Shown: positions 28,240 to 38,056, counted from the first letter of the stretch. The stretch is DNA of 57,198 nucleotides from Chloroflexota bacterium (GCA_027317125.1 DAHVFG010000003.1:1-57198); one strand, 5' to 3'. Numbers and translations: made by a program. Notes: generated from the sequence alone by a model not told the origin.

Positions 28240-28806
28240 GTGGTAGATGGGCACCCCCACATGAGACCGCCGGCGACAAAGTCGAAACGTCTGCATGGGC
28301 CGCAACTCCTCATGTTGATAGGCATCCTCGCGGCGGCAGGCTGCATGATCTTGGCGTTGGTAAGCTCCAGCTTGAGGGGTAACAACGTCTCCATCGCAAG
28401 CAGAACGCCCGCCTATGCCGCCGGAAGCAGGGAAGCGCAGGCTGTTATGGCGCTTTCTGCTGCACCCGAAGGCTCGCAGATACGGGATGTGTCGTTCGAT
28501 AGCGGCAACGGCCTGGTCATCTCTTTCGACGCTCCCGACACCTTTAACCTGGCAGACGGCACGAGGAAGGCCATTCTTGACTACCTACAGGCCCTACAGA
28601 GTTCGGACCTCAGCTACAACGGCGTGGCCTTCGATGGCTATTATCCCCTTGCTGATAAGTCAGGACAAGTAGCCACTGTGGAGATTCTTACCCTGAGATA
28701 CAGTGATGCCACGATAAAGAAGAACAACTGGGACCGTTTCCCAGCCTCCGATATTTATCAGGTGGCGGATACAGGCCAGGTTGATCCCAAGTTCCAGGAC
28801 AAGTAG
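28240..28806 (+). CDS. Hypothetical membrane-anchored protein
   Basis: One N-terminal TM (LLMLIGILAAAGCMILALV) then a soluble domain; fills the gap between genes; start may be ATG 28261. Confidence 0.65.
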   Translation: MVDGHPHMRPPATKSKRLHGPQLLMLIGILAAAGCMILALVSSSLRGNNVSIASRTPAYAAGSREAQAVMALSAAPEGSQIRDVSFDSGNGLVISFDAPDTFNLADGTRKAILDYLQALQSSDLSYNGVAFDGYYPLADKSGQVATVEILTLRYSDATIKKNNWDRFPASDIYQVADTGQVDPKFQDK

Positions 28807-28949
28807 CCGGGTGGGGTTGGCAGTCAACCCCCACCCAGGCTTTACCGCCAGGCGATGCTGCTATATCGAACCTGGGCTGGCATCGGCCTGCCGGTCCTAA
28901 CAAACTACTGCGAATATCGTTAATAAATTGCGCAAGGAGGTAATCGACG

Positions 28950-29531
28950 ATGTCTGTTGATGCGCCAGGCCTCAGTGATAAAAGACGAGAGGACGCATGG
29001 AAGCTGGTCAGGGAGAACGTGCAAAATGAGGGTCTGCGCAAGCACATGCTCGCTGTAGAGGGCGCGATGCGGGCCTACGCTAACTATTACGGAGCCGACG
29101 AAGAATACTGGGGTGCGCTGGGCCTCATCCACGATTGGGACTGGGAAATACACCCTTCCGCCGAAGAACACCCATCAGCGGGAGCCGCAAGCTTGCTCGA
29201 AAGGGGCTGGCCGGAGGACTTTGTAAGATCCGTACTGTCACACGCTTCGTATACTGGTGTACAGCGTACTGCGCTTCAGGACCATGCGCTTTTTGCTTGC
29301 GATGAGCTGTGTGGTCTCATTGTTGCTACTGCATTAGTAAAACCCGGCAAAACTCTGGCAGAAGTAGACGCCCGCTCGGTGCTGAAGAAGATGAAAGACA
29401 AGGGCTTCGCTCGCAACGTGAGCCGCGAAGATGTAACGCAAGGCGCGCAGGAGCTTGGCCGTCCTCTCGATGAGCACGTAGATTTTGTGGTAAAAGCTCT
29501 GCAAGAGATATCGGGGGATCTTGGTCTATAG
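28950..29531 (+). CDS. HD/HDIG domain metal-dependent hydrolase
   Basis: LRKHMLAVE, GLIHDWD, SH, ACDEL.G motifs; RBS AAGGAGG. Confidence 0.88.
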   Translation: MSVDAPGLSDKRREDAWKLVRENVQNEGLRKHMLAVEGAMRAYANYYGADEEYWGALGLIHDWDWEIHPSAEEHPSAGAASLLERGWPEDFVRSVLSHASYTGVQRTALQDHALFACDELCGLIVATALVKPGKTLAEVDARSVLKKMKDKGFARNVSREDVTQGAQELGRPLDEHVDFVVKALQEISGDLGL

Positions 29532-29612
29532 GGCGCGTCATAGTTCTTAACAGTATCTACCTGTGTGCGGATTACCGAATACAGACTACGGATAGGAATA
29601 CAGGAGGTTGAT

Positions 29613-29846
29613 ATGCCGGCAGGTAAAGTTTACTACAAAGCAGCCCGTCGCCCACGCAACGAGTCGGGAACAGGTCCAGGATATGAAGAGCGTATATCCT
29701 GGATACAAGGCGACCTCAGATTCGAGGAGCAATATGTGCGGGCAGTAGCTCACGGCGAGGAAGGGAGCGAGCGTGGGGGGAAAACCTACGACTTCGTGAT
29801 CCCGTGGCATAGCATTCTTTACATAGAGATGGAGCCGAATATATAG
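29613..29846 (+). CDS. Small hypothetical protein (77 aa)
   Basis: Strong RBS AGGAGG 6 nt before ATG 29613; followed by a terminator. Confidence 0.75.
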   Translation: MPAGKVYYKAARRPRNESGTGPGYEERISWIQGDLRFEEQYVRAVAHGEEGSERGGKTYDFVIPWHSILYIEMEPNI

Positions 29847-29894
29847 TCGCAGCCCTTCCATTTTTTGAATGAAGACTGCGGTGCAGTGTTAAAC

Positions 29895-29927
29895 AAAAGA
29901 GAGACCCCCGCAGGTCTCTCTTTTATT
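29895..29927. terminator. Bidirectional intrinsic terminator
   Basis: aaaagagagacc-cccgca-ggtctctctttt. Confidence 0.8.
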
Positions 29928-30088
29928 GTAGGAGCACGATATATTCAGTTGCTCTTACTTTATCTCTCAACCTAACTATAGCACAATGGCTGCCATCCTC
30001 AAATGGCCCGATAGTCACATTACGGGTACTATTCTTCTTCCGGTACCTTTGGGCCATGGGCCGGTAAACCCTTGTTATTAAGCCCTTG

Positions 30089-30252
30089 GTAACTGTTCAG
30101 AGTAGGGGTGGAGGGGCATAGCCGCCGATACTCAGCAGGAATAAAGCCCCCCTCTCCCATGAAGGGAGAAGGGCATGGGGTGAGGGCAGGCGAGGGCACA
30201 CCCCGCTCATATACCTCTTGAGGATTGCTCCACCCTGACCCTGAACGCTTAC
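30089..30252. mobile_element. MITE-like element, copy C (164 bp)
   Basis: gtaactgttcagagtaggggtggag ... cctctcccatgaagggaga ... attgctccaccctgaccctgaacgcttac. Confidence 0.65.
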
Positions 30253-30266
30253 AGCTGCCTGCGTGG

Positions 30267-30296
30267 TTGACACTCCGTTTGCCCGCAACGTATAAT
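30267..30296 (+). promoter_or_regulatory. Sigma70-type promoter for tRNA-Thr
   Basis: TTGACA-18nt-TATAAT, 11 nt before the tRNA. Confidence 0.85.
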
Positions 30297-30307
30297 ATGG
30301 AGCGCTC

Positions 30308-30379
30308 GCCGACGTAGCTCAGTGGTAGAGCAGCTGTTTCGTAAACAGCAGGCCGTGAGTTCGAATCTCACCGTCGGCT
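30308..30379 (+). tRNA. tRNA-Thr(CGT)
   Basis: GCCGACG...GCTGT-TTCGTAA-ACAGC...TTCGAAT...CGTCGGC-T cloverleaf. Confidence 0.96.
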
Positions 30380-30471
30380 CCCCGGAAGGTTGGCATAGCT
30401 CAACCTCCCTTTTGCTCAACCTCTCTTGCGCCTTGTCGCCCTCTCATCTGGCACCCAGGAAAGGAGCAAAC

Positions 30472-33042
30472 GTGGCCGGTTCTCGTAAAGGCTCGCGTTC
30501 CACAGGAGCCTCCCGCGCTCGAACTGTCTCACAGAGTAAAGCTTCAACGGCCCTACCCACCACGAGCGGCGAGTCCGGCACCTCGGCAGCTTCACCCAGC
30601 CCTCTTGCTCCGGTCGTAGCACCCAGGAGGCGTATTACCCTTAAGCGAGTGTTGCTCGGTGTTGGGGCGGTTGCGCTCTTGCTGATCCTTATCGGGATCG
30701 GTTACGCCTATTACACGGTGCAGAAGACTCTGCCCACCACCAGTGGCACTCTTAAGCTGCCCGGCCTCTCTGCACCCGCCACTGTCACTCGTGACATCTA
30801 CGGAGTGCCTCATATCGTCGCTGCCAACATCAATGACCTTTATGAGGCTGAGGGCTACGTGCATGCCCAGGATCGCCTCTTCCAGATGTTCTTTTTCCGT
30901 GCGGTAGGCGAGGGCAGGCTGTCCGAGTACTTTGGACCCTCGCAGGTCGATACTGACCGCTTCCTGCGCACGGTGGGCTTCAGGCGTGCTGCTGAGGCTG
31001 AATGGGCGCAGACAGCGCCCCAGGTGCGCTCCGCTCTCGAAGCATATTCACGAGGAGTAAACGAGTTTATCCGCGCACATAGCGACTCGCTGCCTCTTGA
31101 GTTTGGCTTTTTGGGCGCGAAAGTCGAGGAATGGCAGCCTGTTGATACCCTTACTTTCGGCAAAGTGCAAGCCTGGGACCTGACACAGACCTGGAGCAAC
31201 GACCTTCTTACCGCTGACCTCCTCTCTAACCTGGGGCCGGACATCACCGCCGAGCTACTTCCAGGCTACCCTAAAGATGCACCCGTGGTCGTTCCCGGGG
31301 CAAATACCGGCAGTGTTCTCCCTGCCCTCAAAGCCTACAGCGACAAAATACGCCCTGTGCTGCCCAGCTTCGGCCTGGGTGATATCGGCTCGAACAACTG
31401 GGTGGTTGCTGGTAGTAAATCCACTACAGGCAAGCCGCTGCTCGCCAATGACCCTCACCTGGGAGTGCGCTCTCCTTCTATCTGGTATCAGGTTCACCTG
31501 TCAACCACTGACGGCAAATACAATGCTGAGGGCTTTGGCTTCGCGGGGGCGCCCGGCATCATCACAGGGCACAATCAGAATATCAGCTGGGGCGTTACCA
31601 ACGTGGGCGCTGATGTGCAGGATGTCTTTATCGAAAAGCTTGATCCGAGCGGGCACCCAGGCCAGTATGCCTCCGGCAGCAGTTGGCTTCCCCTCAAGAT
31701 TTATACTGAGACGATCAAAGTAAAAGAGGGCGCGCCTGTCACTCAGACTGTGCGGGTCACCGATCACGGGCCGATCATCAGCGATGTGCTGCCAGTGACT
31801 GCCACCCTGGGCGTCAAGTCTCCGGGTCCCTGGGCATTGCAGTGGAGTGGCGCGCAGCCCGGTCATCTCCTCGAGGCTGTATATAATTTGCAGACCGCCT
31901 CCAATTGGCAGCAGTTCCGCGCGGCACTTCAAGGTTGGAGTATTCCCGGCCAGAACTTCGTTTACGCAGATACGCAGGGGAATATCGGCTACCAGATGAC
32001 AGGTAATATACCGCTACGCAAGAAGGGCGATGGGTCGGTGCCTGTGCCCGGCTGGACAGGGGAGTACGACTGGAATGGCTATATCCCGTTCGATGCCCTG
32101 CCGCGCGCGTATAACCCCCCTGAGGGCTTTGTGGCGACTGCTAATAACAAGCCTTATGGCCCCGACTACAAGTATCAGTTTCGCGGCGAGTGGGCACCCC
32201 CCTGGCGCATCTCACGTATCACTGAGCTCCTCAAGGCTAAGGATAGGCTGAGTATTGACGACTTCAAGAATATACAGATGGACACAAGCTCCGAACTGGC
32301 AAAGAAGGTTGGTGATGAGCTTGCAGCCCTCAAGCCCACAGATGCGCCAACGCAACAGGCAGCCAAGATGTTCCAGGGCTGGAACGGCGACCTCAAGCCC
32401 GACAGCGCAGCCGCTGCTATCTATGAAGTCACTGCTCAGAAGGCGTTGAGCGAGACCTATAGCGATAACCTGGGCCTGGACCTCTTTGGTGAGTATCTGG
32501 ATATAGAAGGCAGCACTGTGCTCCAGAGCTTCGAGCAGCTGCTCGATAAGCCGCAAGACCCGCTCTGGGACCGCAAAGAGACCCCTCAGAAAGAGACACG
32601 TGACGACATCCTCCTGGCGAGCCTTACTTCGGCTGTCAGCGATCTGACAGGTGCGCTCGGCGGCACTATACAGGATTGGCAGTGGGGCCAAATACATACC
32701 GTTACGCCTGCCCACCCCTTTGGCTCACAGCCGGTGATTGGAGCGATGTTCAACCTGCCGAGCGTGCCTATCGGGGGCGACCAAACTACTGTGTCGGTTG
32801 GCACTTTCTCGCTTGTGGAACCCTTTTCGGTGTCCAGCTACCAGTCGTACAGGATGATTATCGACGCCGGTGATTGGAGCAAGTCGCTAGGCATATTGGC
32901 GGGTGGGGAGTCGGGCCAGCCATTCAGCAAGCACTTTAGCGATATGCTTACTCCCTGGCAGAATTACCAGTATAACCCTCTCCTCTATACACAGCAGCAG
33001 ATAGACGCCAACAAGGAGAGTGTGTTGACGTTGACTCCGTAA
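30472..33042 (+). CDS. Penicillin acylase family (Ntn-hydrolase) protein, N-terminally membrane anchored
   Basis: RD.YGVPHI, GYVHAQDRLFQM, catalytic GSNNW, LANDPHL, QNFVYAD..GNIGY; GTG 30472 follows AAGGAG (ORF-track start 30322 lies inside the tRNA). Confidence 0.93.
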   Translation: MAGSRKGSRSTGASRARTVSQSKASTALPTTSGESGTSAASPSPLAPVVAPRRRITLKRVLLGVGAVALLLILIGIGYAYYTVQKTLPTTSGTLKLPGLSAPATVTRDIYGVPHIVAANINDLYEAEGYVHAQDRLFQMFFFRAVGEGRLSEYFGPSQVDTDRFLRTVGFRRAAEAEWAQTAPQVRSALEAYSRGVNEFIRAHSDSLPLEFGFLGAKVEEWQPVDTLTFGKVQAWDLTQTWSNDLLTADLLSNLGPDITAELLPGYPKDAPVVVPGANTGSVLPALKAYSDKIRPVLPSFGLGDIGSNNWVVAGSKSTTGKPLLANDPHLGVRSPSIWYQVHLSTTDGKYNAEGFGFAGAPGIITGHNQNISWGVTNVGADVQDVFIEKLDPSGHPGQYASGSSWLPLKIYTETIKVKEGAPVTQTVRVTDHGPIISDVLPVTATLGVKSPGPWALQWSGAQPGHLLEAVYNLQTASNWQQFRAALQGWSIPGQNFVYADTQGNIGYQMTGNIPLRKKGDGSVPVPGWTGEYDWNGYIPFDALPRAYNPPEGFVATANNKPYGPDYKYQFRGEWAPPWRISRITELLKAKDRLSIDDFKNIQMDTSSELAKKVGDELAALKPTDAPTQQAAKMFQGWNGDLKPDSAAAAIYEVTAQKALSETYSDNLGLDLFGEYLDIEGSTVLQSFEQLLDKPQDPLWDRKETPQKETRDDILLASLTSAVSDLTGALGGTIQDWQWGQIHTVTPAHPFGSQPVIGAMFNLPSVPIGGDQTTVSVGTFSLVEPFSVSSYQSYRMIIDAGDWSKSLGILAGGESGQPFSKHFSDMLTPWQNYQYNPLLYTQQQIDANKESVLTLTP

Positions 33043-33157
33043 CAGGGGTAATGTTCCTTTTCTTCCTTCTTCTCTGGCACAGAACTTGCCAAATAGCTCT
33101 ATAAAGGGACGTGAACGCGAACTATTTTGCGTCGGCAGGGTGTAGAAGGAGGGAGAG

Positions 33158-33448
33158 ATGAGCAATAAAGATGAGGAGCTTGCACGGCGCGTGCGTGGCA
33201 TCGTGGCCGTTGTATCGCCCGATATAGATGCTGTGATGTGCGAAGTGGAGGATGGCGTCGCCTATATTGAAGGAGTGGTGCCGGATGACCAGGCGCGGCG
33301 CACCATAAGCAGGCTGGCCCGCCAACTGGATGGCCTCACGCATGTGATTACATGCCTCGCCACCGAGCAAGTTGTGAACAGCAACACCGCTAAAGAGCCG
33401 CTACAGATGCCTGCGCCTGTGCTCATGCACTACCAGAGCCTCAGCTAA
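33158..33448 (+). CDS. BON-domain-like small protein
   Basis: D.EL...V...V.V.DGV.YIEGVV......A..L.G...V pattern; RBS GGAGGG. Confidence 0.65.
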   Translation: MSNKDEELARRVRGIVAVVSPDIDAVMCEVEDGVAYIEGVVPDDQARRTISRLARQLDGLTHVITCLATEQVVNSNTAKEPLQMPAPVLMHYQSLS

Positions 33449-33528
33449 AAGCAAGAGTTCCGCTACAGGCGTATGAGCACAGGCGCAGGCAGGCTCGTCC
33501 GCAGAGAAGCCGTGTGGTCCACGCACAT

Positions 33529-33655
33529 AGCAAAGCCCCCTCCCTTCACCACATAGAGGTTACATGACTCTCCCTTGCCTCTCCCACACCAACAAAGCAA
33601 AGCCCCATCTCCCTTCATGGGAGAGGGGCATGGGGTGAGGGTGCATTGGGGGTGC
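33529..33655. repeat. REP-like GC palindrome (core shared with the MITE-like elements) plus a direct repeat
   Basis: tctcccttcatgggaga is the reverse complement of the core in copies B and C; agcaaagcccc..ctcccttca occurs twice; lies between convergent genes. Confidence 0.6.
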
Positions 33656-33675
33656 CCGTGGCTACCTGCTATAAC

Positions 33676-35520
33676 CTACTCGACCGTCACCGACTTGGCG
33701 AGGTTGCGAGGCTGGTCTACATCGGCTCCCCGGCGCACCGCCACTTTGTAGGCGAGCACCTGCAATGGCATTACCGCCAGGATAGGTGACAGTAGATAGT
33801 CAACAGGCGGCAGATAAATGACCTCATCGGCCTTATCCCTGATATCACTGTCGCCCTCGGTGGCGATAGCTATCACCTTGCCATCACGGGCTTTTACCTG
33901 CTCAATGTTGCTCAACATCTTGCTGTAAACTCGGTCTTGCAGCGCGATGCAGACCACAGGCAGCGTATGGTCAATCAAAGCATTTATGCCGTGCTTCATC
34001 TCGCCTGCCGGGCAGCCTTCGGCGTGGATGTAACTTATCTCCTTTATCTTGAGGGCGCCTTCAAGGGCGGTGGGGAAGTTGATGCCGCGTCCCAGGTATA
34101 GCATGTCGCTCGCGTCGTATATCTTGCCTGCAAGCTCATCATACTGCGCGTCGTCGCCCAGCAGTTCTCCTGCTTGATTGGGCAAGCGCAGTAGCCCGTC
34201 TATAATCTGCGCGGCCCGTTCAGGGTCGAGGCTGCCGCGCGCCTCAGCGAGCGCCATCGCCAGCATTAGCTGGTCCGCCAGCATGCCTGTATATACCTTC
34301 GTACTGGCTACCGCGATCTCCGGCCCTGCCTGGACGTGGATCTTAGCCTCGGATATGCGGTCAGCCTGGCTCCCCACCACATTGACGATTGCTGCTAACC
34401 GAGCGCCGCCTGCGCGTGCTTCAGCCATCGCTTCGAGGGTGTCTACTGTTTCACCCGATTGGGTAATTGCTAGAGCCAGTGTGCCCGGCTCGACGACCGG
34501 ATTGCGATACCTGTACTCAGAGCCGTACTCCACTTCTACAGGTATACGCGCTAACTCCTCGAAGATATACTTGCCGGCGAGGGCGGCGTGCCACGCTGTG
34601 CCGCAGGCAAGAATCGTGATCTTCTTGAACTGCCTCAGCTCTTCCCTGCTAAAGGCTAACCCTTCAAGGTCAACTCTGGAGCGCTCCACATCGAGACGGC
34701 CTCGGAGAGTGTCGGTCAGCGACCTGGGCTGCTCGTATATCTCCTTCTGCATGAAGTGCTTATAACCGCCCTTGGCCGCGCTGATCGGATCCCATGCCAC
34801 CATATGCGGTGTTTTCTCAACAGGTGTGCCGTCCCCTCGGCTGTATTTGGCTCCTGTACGGGTGATGACTGCTATCTCGCCTGGCTCCAGAAAGACGAGG
34901 CGGCGCGTGTGCTGAAGTATCGCGGGCTGGTCAGAAGCTACAAACATCTCGCTATCACCGTAGCCGACTACCACGCCGCCGGCGTTGCCGAGCCGTGCCG
35001 CCACAAGGGACTCAGGCTCTTCCGCGCGCATAGCGACGATAGCGTGCGACCCCTTGATAACGCCGAGCATCTGGCGCATGGCTTCTTCAAGGTCAGGTGC
35101 GCCTTCTTTGATGTACTTCTCCAGAAGGTGTGGCAGCACCTCGGTGTCAGTCTCTGAGTGGAACTCGTGCCCTTCGCGCTTGAGCATTTCTTTGAGCGGC
35201 AAGTAATTCTCTACTATGCCGTTTTGTATTACCACTATGTCGCCTGTGCAGTCGCGGTGGGGGTGGGCATTTGCCTCGTTTACCTTACCATGTGTAGCCC
35301 ACCGCGTATGCCCCATGCCCCAATGACCGGAAAGAGGCTCATCTTGCAGGACTGTTTGCAGATTACTTAGCTTGCCCGCTGCTCTGCGCCGCTCGATCTT
35401 ACCATTCTTCTGCACCGCGATCCCAGCAGAGTCGTACCCTCTGTACTCGAGATTGCATAGACCTTCATAGATTACAGGCATGGCCTCTTTCGCGCCGACG
35501 TACCCAACTATTCCACACAT
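33676..35520 (-). CDS. glmS: Glutamine--fructose-6-phosphate aminotransferase
   Basis: MCGIVG, LEYRGYDSAG, GHTRWATHG, SQSGET-like TQSGET, C-terminal PRNLAKSVTVE. Confidence 0.98.
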   Translation of the reverse strand: MCGIVGYVGAKEAMPVIYEGLCNLEYRGYDSAGIAVQKNGKIERRRAAGKLSNLQTVLQDEPLSGHWGMGHTRWATHGKVNEANAHPHRDCTGDIVVIQNGIVENYLPLKEMLKREGHEFHSETDTEVLPHLLEKYIKEGAPDLEEAMRQMLGVIKGSHAIVAMRAEEPESLVAARLGNAGGVVVGYGDSEMFVASDQPAILQHTRRLVFLEPGEIAVITRTGAKYSRGDGTPVEKTPHMVAWDPISAAKGGYKHFMQKEIYEQPRSLTDTLRGRLDVERSRVDLEGLAFSREELRQFKKITILACGTAWHAALAGKYIFEELARIPVEVEYGSEYRYRNPVVEPGTLALAITQSGETVDTLEAMAEARAGGARLAAIVNVVGSQADRISEAKIHVQAGPEIAVASTKVYTGMLADQLMLAMALAEARGSLDPERAAQIIDGLLRLPNQAGELLGDDAQYDELAGKIYDASDMLYLGRGINFPTALEGALKIKEISYIHAEGCPAGEMKHGINALIDHTLPVVCIALQDRVYSKMLSNIEQVKARDGKVIAIATEGDSDIRDKADEVIYLPPVDYLLSPILAVMPLQVLAYKVAVRRGADVDQPRNLAKSVTVE

Positions 35521-35802
35521 TTACTTTTTCTCTCCTCCATACATGGGAAAAGCGCGTCTATACAGGTGCGCATTATCTTTCACAGCGCGATATATACAGG
35601 TCATTCGCCCAACAGTGATTGCTTCCCTACTCATTATACACAACAGGGCTTCCAGGACGTAGTTGCTAATGCAAGGCAACGTAAGCGTTCAGGATTGTGG
35701 CAGGGGAGAAAGATGGTGCATACAGCGAGCATCTAGTCGCCGCAGAGCCGTATCGTCCAGGTTGTATGCCACCAGGTAAAATGCCTCACTTTGTTTAGGG
35801 TT

Positions 35803-37578
35803 TCAGGGAGCGGCTGTTGCAGCCGCAGAGAGAGTTGGTTCTGGGGTACGCTGCGAGGGCTGTGGCGTTGCGGTTGGCGTGGCGGGCGCGGTCGCCGTGG
35901 GCGATGGAGTATGTGTAGGAGTAACGGAAGGCAGGGTTGTGCCGGTCGCAGTGGGTACTACCGGTGTGAGCGTTGGAGTTGCGAGCGCCTTTGTTGGAGC
36001 TACTGTACTCGCGGGATTAGTAGCTTCGGGTGTACGAGTGAAGGCAGGTGTTGTGGTTGGCTGCTCTGTCAGCGTGGGGGTAGGTGGGAGTGGCGTCGGC
36101 GCTACCAGCGTAACGCTCACCGAAATGGGCGACGAGGCCACTACTTTCACTCCTTGAGGCACAAGTATTTGAGGCTGCACGTCATACGTGCCAGCCCCGC
36201 GCCCTTGCATGTTAACTACAGCACGGACATCCGTTGGCCTCAGGCTCTGCAACTGCGAGAATGTGCCCGCCAGCGTCAGGTCCATCTTGCCGGGTGAGAT
36301 CACCCCTGCGTAGCCGTTGGGCAGCCCATCTACAGATGGTGCGACCGATAACTGCAAGGTTGTCTCCAAAACCTCCACGCTGATCGTAACGCTCACGTCT
36401 TTGGTTTGCCCCGGATAGAGGTCTACGCCTGTGGGAAGGATAAGCTGAGTAGTTGTCTCTACTGTTGATGTAGTGCCCGTTATGGAGACAGGATTGGTCT
36501 CAAGGAACTGTACGGGGTCCAGCACACCCGGCGAGCAGCAAATAGTGGCGTTATTTGGGTTCATCACGATCGCCGACACTCTATAGCCTGGTGCGGGTTG
36601 ACCTTGAAGGGGCACGCGCACAGGCACCACTTTGTAATTGAAGAGGAGCTTAACAGGTACGACTACCTGCACGGTGGGTGGATCGAAGGTCAGCCCTGTG
36701 ATCTCCTTCTTGTCGCTGTCGTAAGCGCGCGGCTTTTCGCTCTGCGTTTGAGTGACCGCTTTACCTTCGACATCAACGGGCACTACAACCTGGCTGATGC
36801 GGCTTATAGCTTCCTGGTTGCCGCTGACGCGCACCTGCGTGGGCTGAACCTGGTCGGCGGTTGGCTCTAATCCATAGCCGACCGGGGGCGTGCCGTTGGT
36901 CTGCACACTTACGGAAAAAGTTCGCGTAGCTTGCACTTCGAGCTGCACCTCCAGGCGTGAAGGCGCGAAGGAGACCTGCACATTGCCTGTTTGATTGCCT
37001 GTTATCTGTGCGCGGACTGGCACCTCCTTGTAGACGCCGCCTTCCAGGCCGGTAAGGTCTATGTAAGGGCGTATGTCCGACTTTTGCAGTGTATTCATCA
37101 CATTTTGGGGCGCTTGCACACTTGCATCTACTGTTGGGACCGTGCTGACCACTTTCAGGTTGCTCCCTATGCCTCGGACCTCAACGTTTAGCCCGGGGAA
37201 CTGGGTTGTTTGCTCAGGGTTTTCGAGATTTACCACGTAGAACCAGAGAAGCACCGACAGCACAATCGAGAGGAGAATACGCCCCAGCTTGTCATCTATG
37301 TTGAAGTTGGGCATTGCTATCTGCTGCCATGACGGGCGTGCCGTGACAGGTAGGGCTTGCGGGCGTGGAAGCGCAGTCACGGTAGTTGCAGTGTCGCGGA
37401 CAGCTTCAAATTGAGCGGGGCTCGCGCTGGGGCTATCGCTCTCCGGCATATCGCTGCCCATAATGAAACTCTCAACCGTTCCGTTCGGGTCGTTTGTACC
37501 CGTATCTGTGGCATCGTCAGCCGTCAGCGGTGTTGCGCTGCTCGGCTGGCCCGCTCTCTTTGAAGCTTCAGCCTTCAT
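35803..37578 (-). CDS. cdaR: YbbR-like domain protein (CdaR family) with Pro/Thr-rich C-terminal tail
   Basis: TM ILLSIVLSVLLWFYV followed by repeated YbbR-type units (PPVGY, V.V.G, PAPGY); start uncertain. Confidence 0.8.
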   Translation of the reverse strand: MKAEASKRAGQPSSATPLTADDATDTGTNDPNGTVESFIMGSDMPESDSPSASPAQFEAVRDTATTVTALPRPQALPVTARPSWQQIAMPNFNIDDKLGRILLSIVLSVLLWFYVVNLENPEQTTQFPGLNVEVRGIGSNLKVVSTVPTVDASVQAPQNVMNTLQKSDIRPYIDLTGLEGGVYKEVPVRAQITGNQTGNVQVSFAPSRLEVQLEVQATRTFSVSVQTNGTPPVGYGLEPTADQVQPTQVRVSGNQEAISRISQVVVPVDVEGKAVTQTQSEKPRAYDSDKKEITGLTFDPPTVQVVVPVKLLFNYKVVPVRVPLQGQPAPGYRVSAIVMNPNNATICCSPGVLDPVQFLETNPVSITGTTSTVETTTQLILPTGVDLYPGQTKDVSVTISVEVLETTLQLSVAPSVDGLPNGYAGVISPGKMDLTLAGTFSQLQSLRPTDVRAVVNMQGRGAGTYDVQPQILVPQGVKVVASSPISVSVTLVAPTPLPPTPTLTEQPTTTPAFTRTPEATNPASTVAPTKALATPTLTPVVPTATGTTLPSVTPTHTPSPTATAPATPTATPQPSQRTPEPTLSAAATAAP

Positions 37579-37691
37579 ACTCTTCTATTATAACGTAGAG
37601 TCAGCCTGTAGGACACGACGAACTGCGTGGATTACGGGGCAGATTGCAGCTAAATTGAAGGTCAACACATGTAGCCATGGACCCTCTCTGG

Positions 37692-37734
37692 TTTGTCATT
37701 CCGCCGCTGAGGAGCGAAGGGGCGGAATGACAAA
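37692..37734. repeat. REP-like hairpin
   Basis: 14-bp stem tttgtcattccgcc / ggcggaatgacaaa. Confidence 0.55.
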
Positions 37735-38056
37735 GAAGCTTTGGCCGCAACGTCGTTGGGCTGGCGCTTAATTTAGATGCGTTTGCCCGCACGTTATGAG
37801 AAGAGCCCGATAGCGCATACCGGATTAGTCAGGCGCTCACCAGCTTCCAGGTAAGCGGCATGTTGTTATCCTGGAGATTCAAACAAATGCGTCTTCGCGG
37901 GCGCTGCCTGTAAGGATGTCGGCTCCGCAGCGCTGGCCGAGTCACCCGAGTTACCGGGCGAGCTTATGAGTAGAATATACTCGTTGGAACTTTCTGCTGC
38001 CCGCCTTCGTCCTTTATGGTAGGTGCTATCAGCCGCTTTTCAGAAAGGAGAATACA

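Noticed and set aside
35521-35802. glmS ribozyme upstream of glmS
   Set aside because: The reverse complement lacks the AGCGCC...GACGAGG core, and a -10 box lies only about 110 nt before the ATG. An Infernal search with the glmS model would be decisive.
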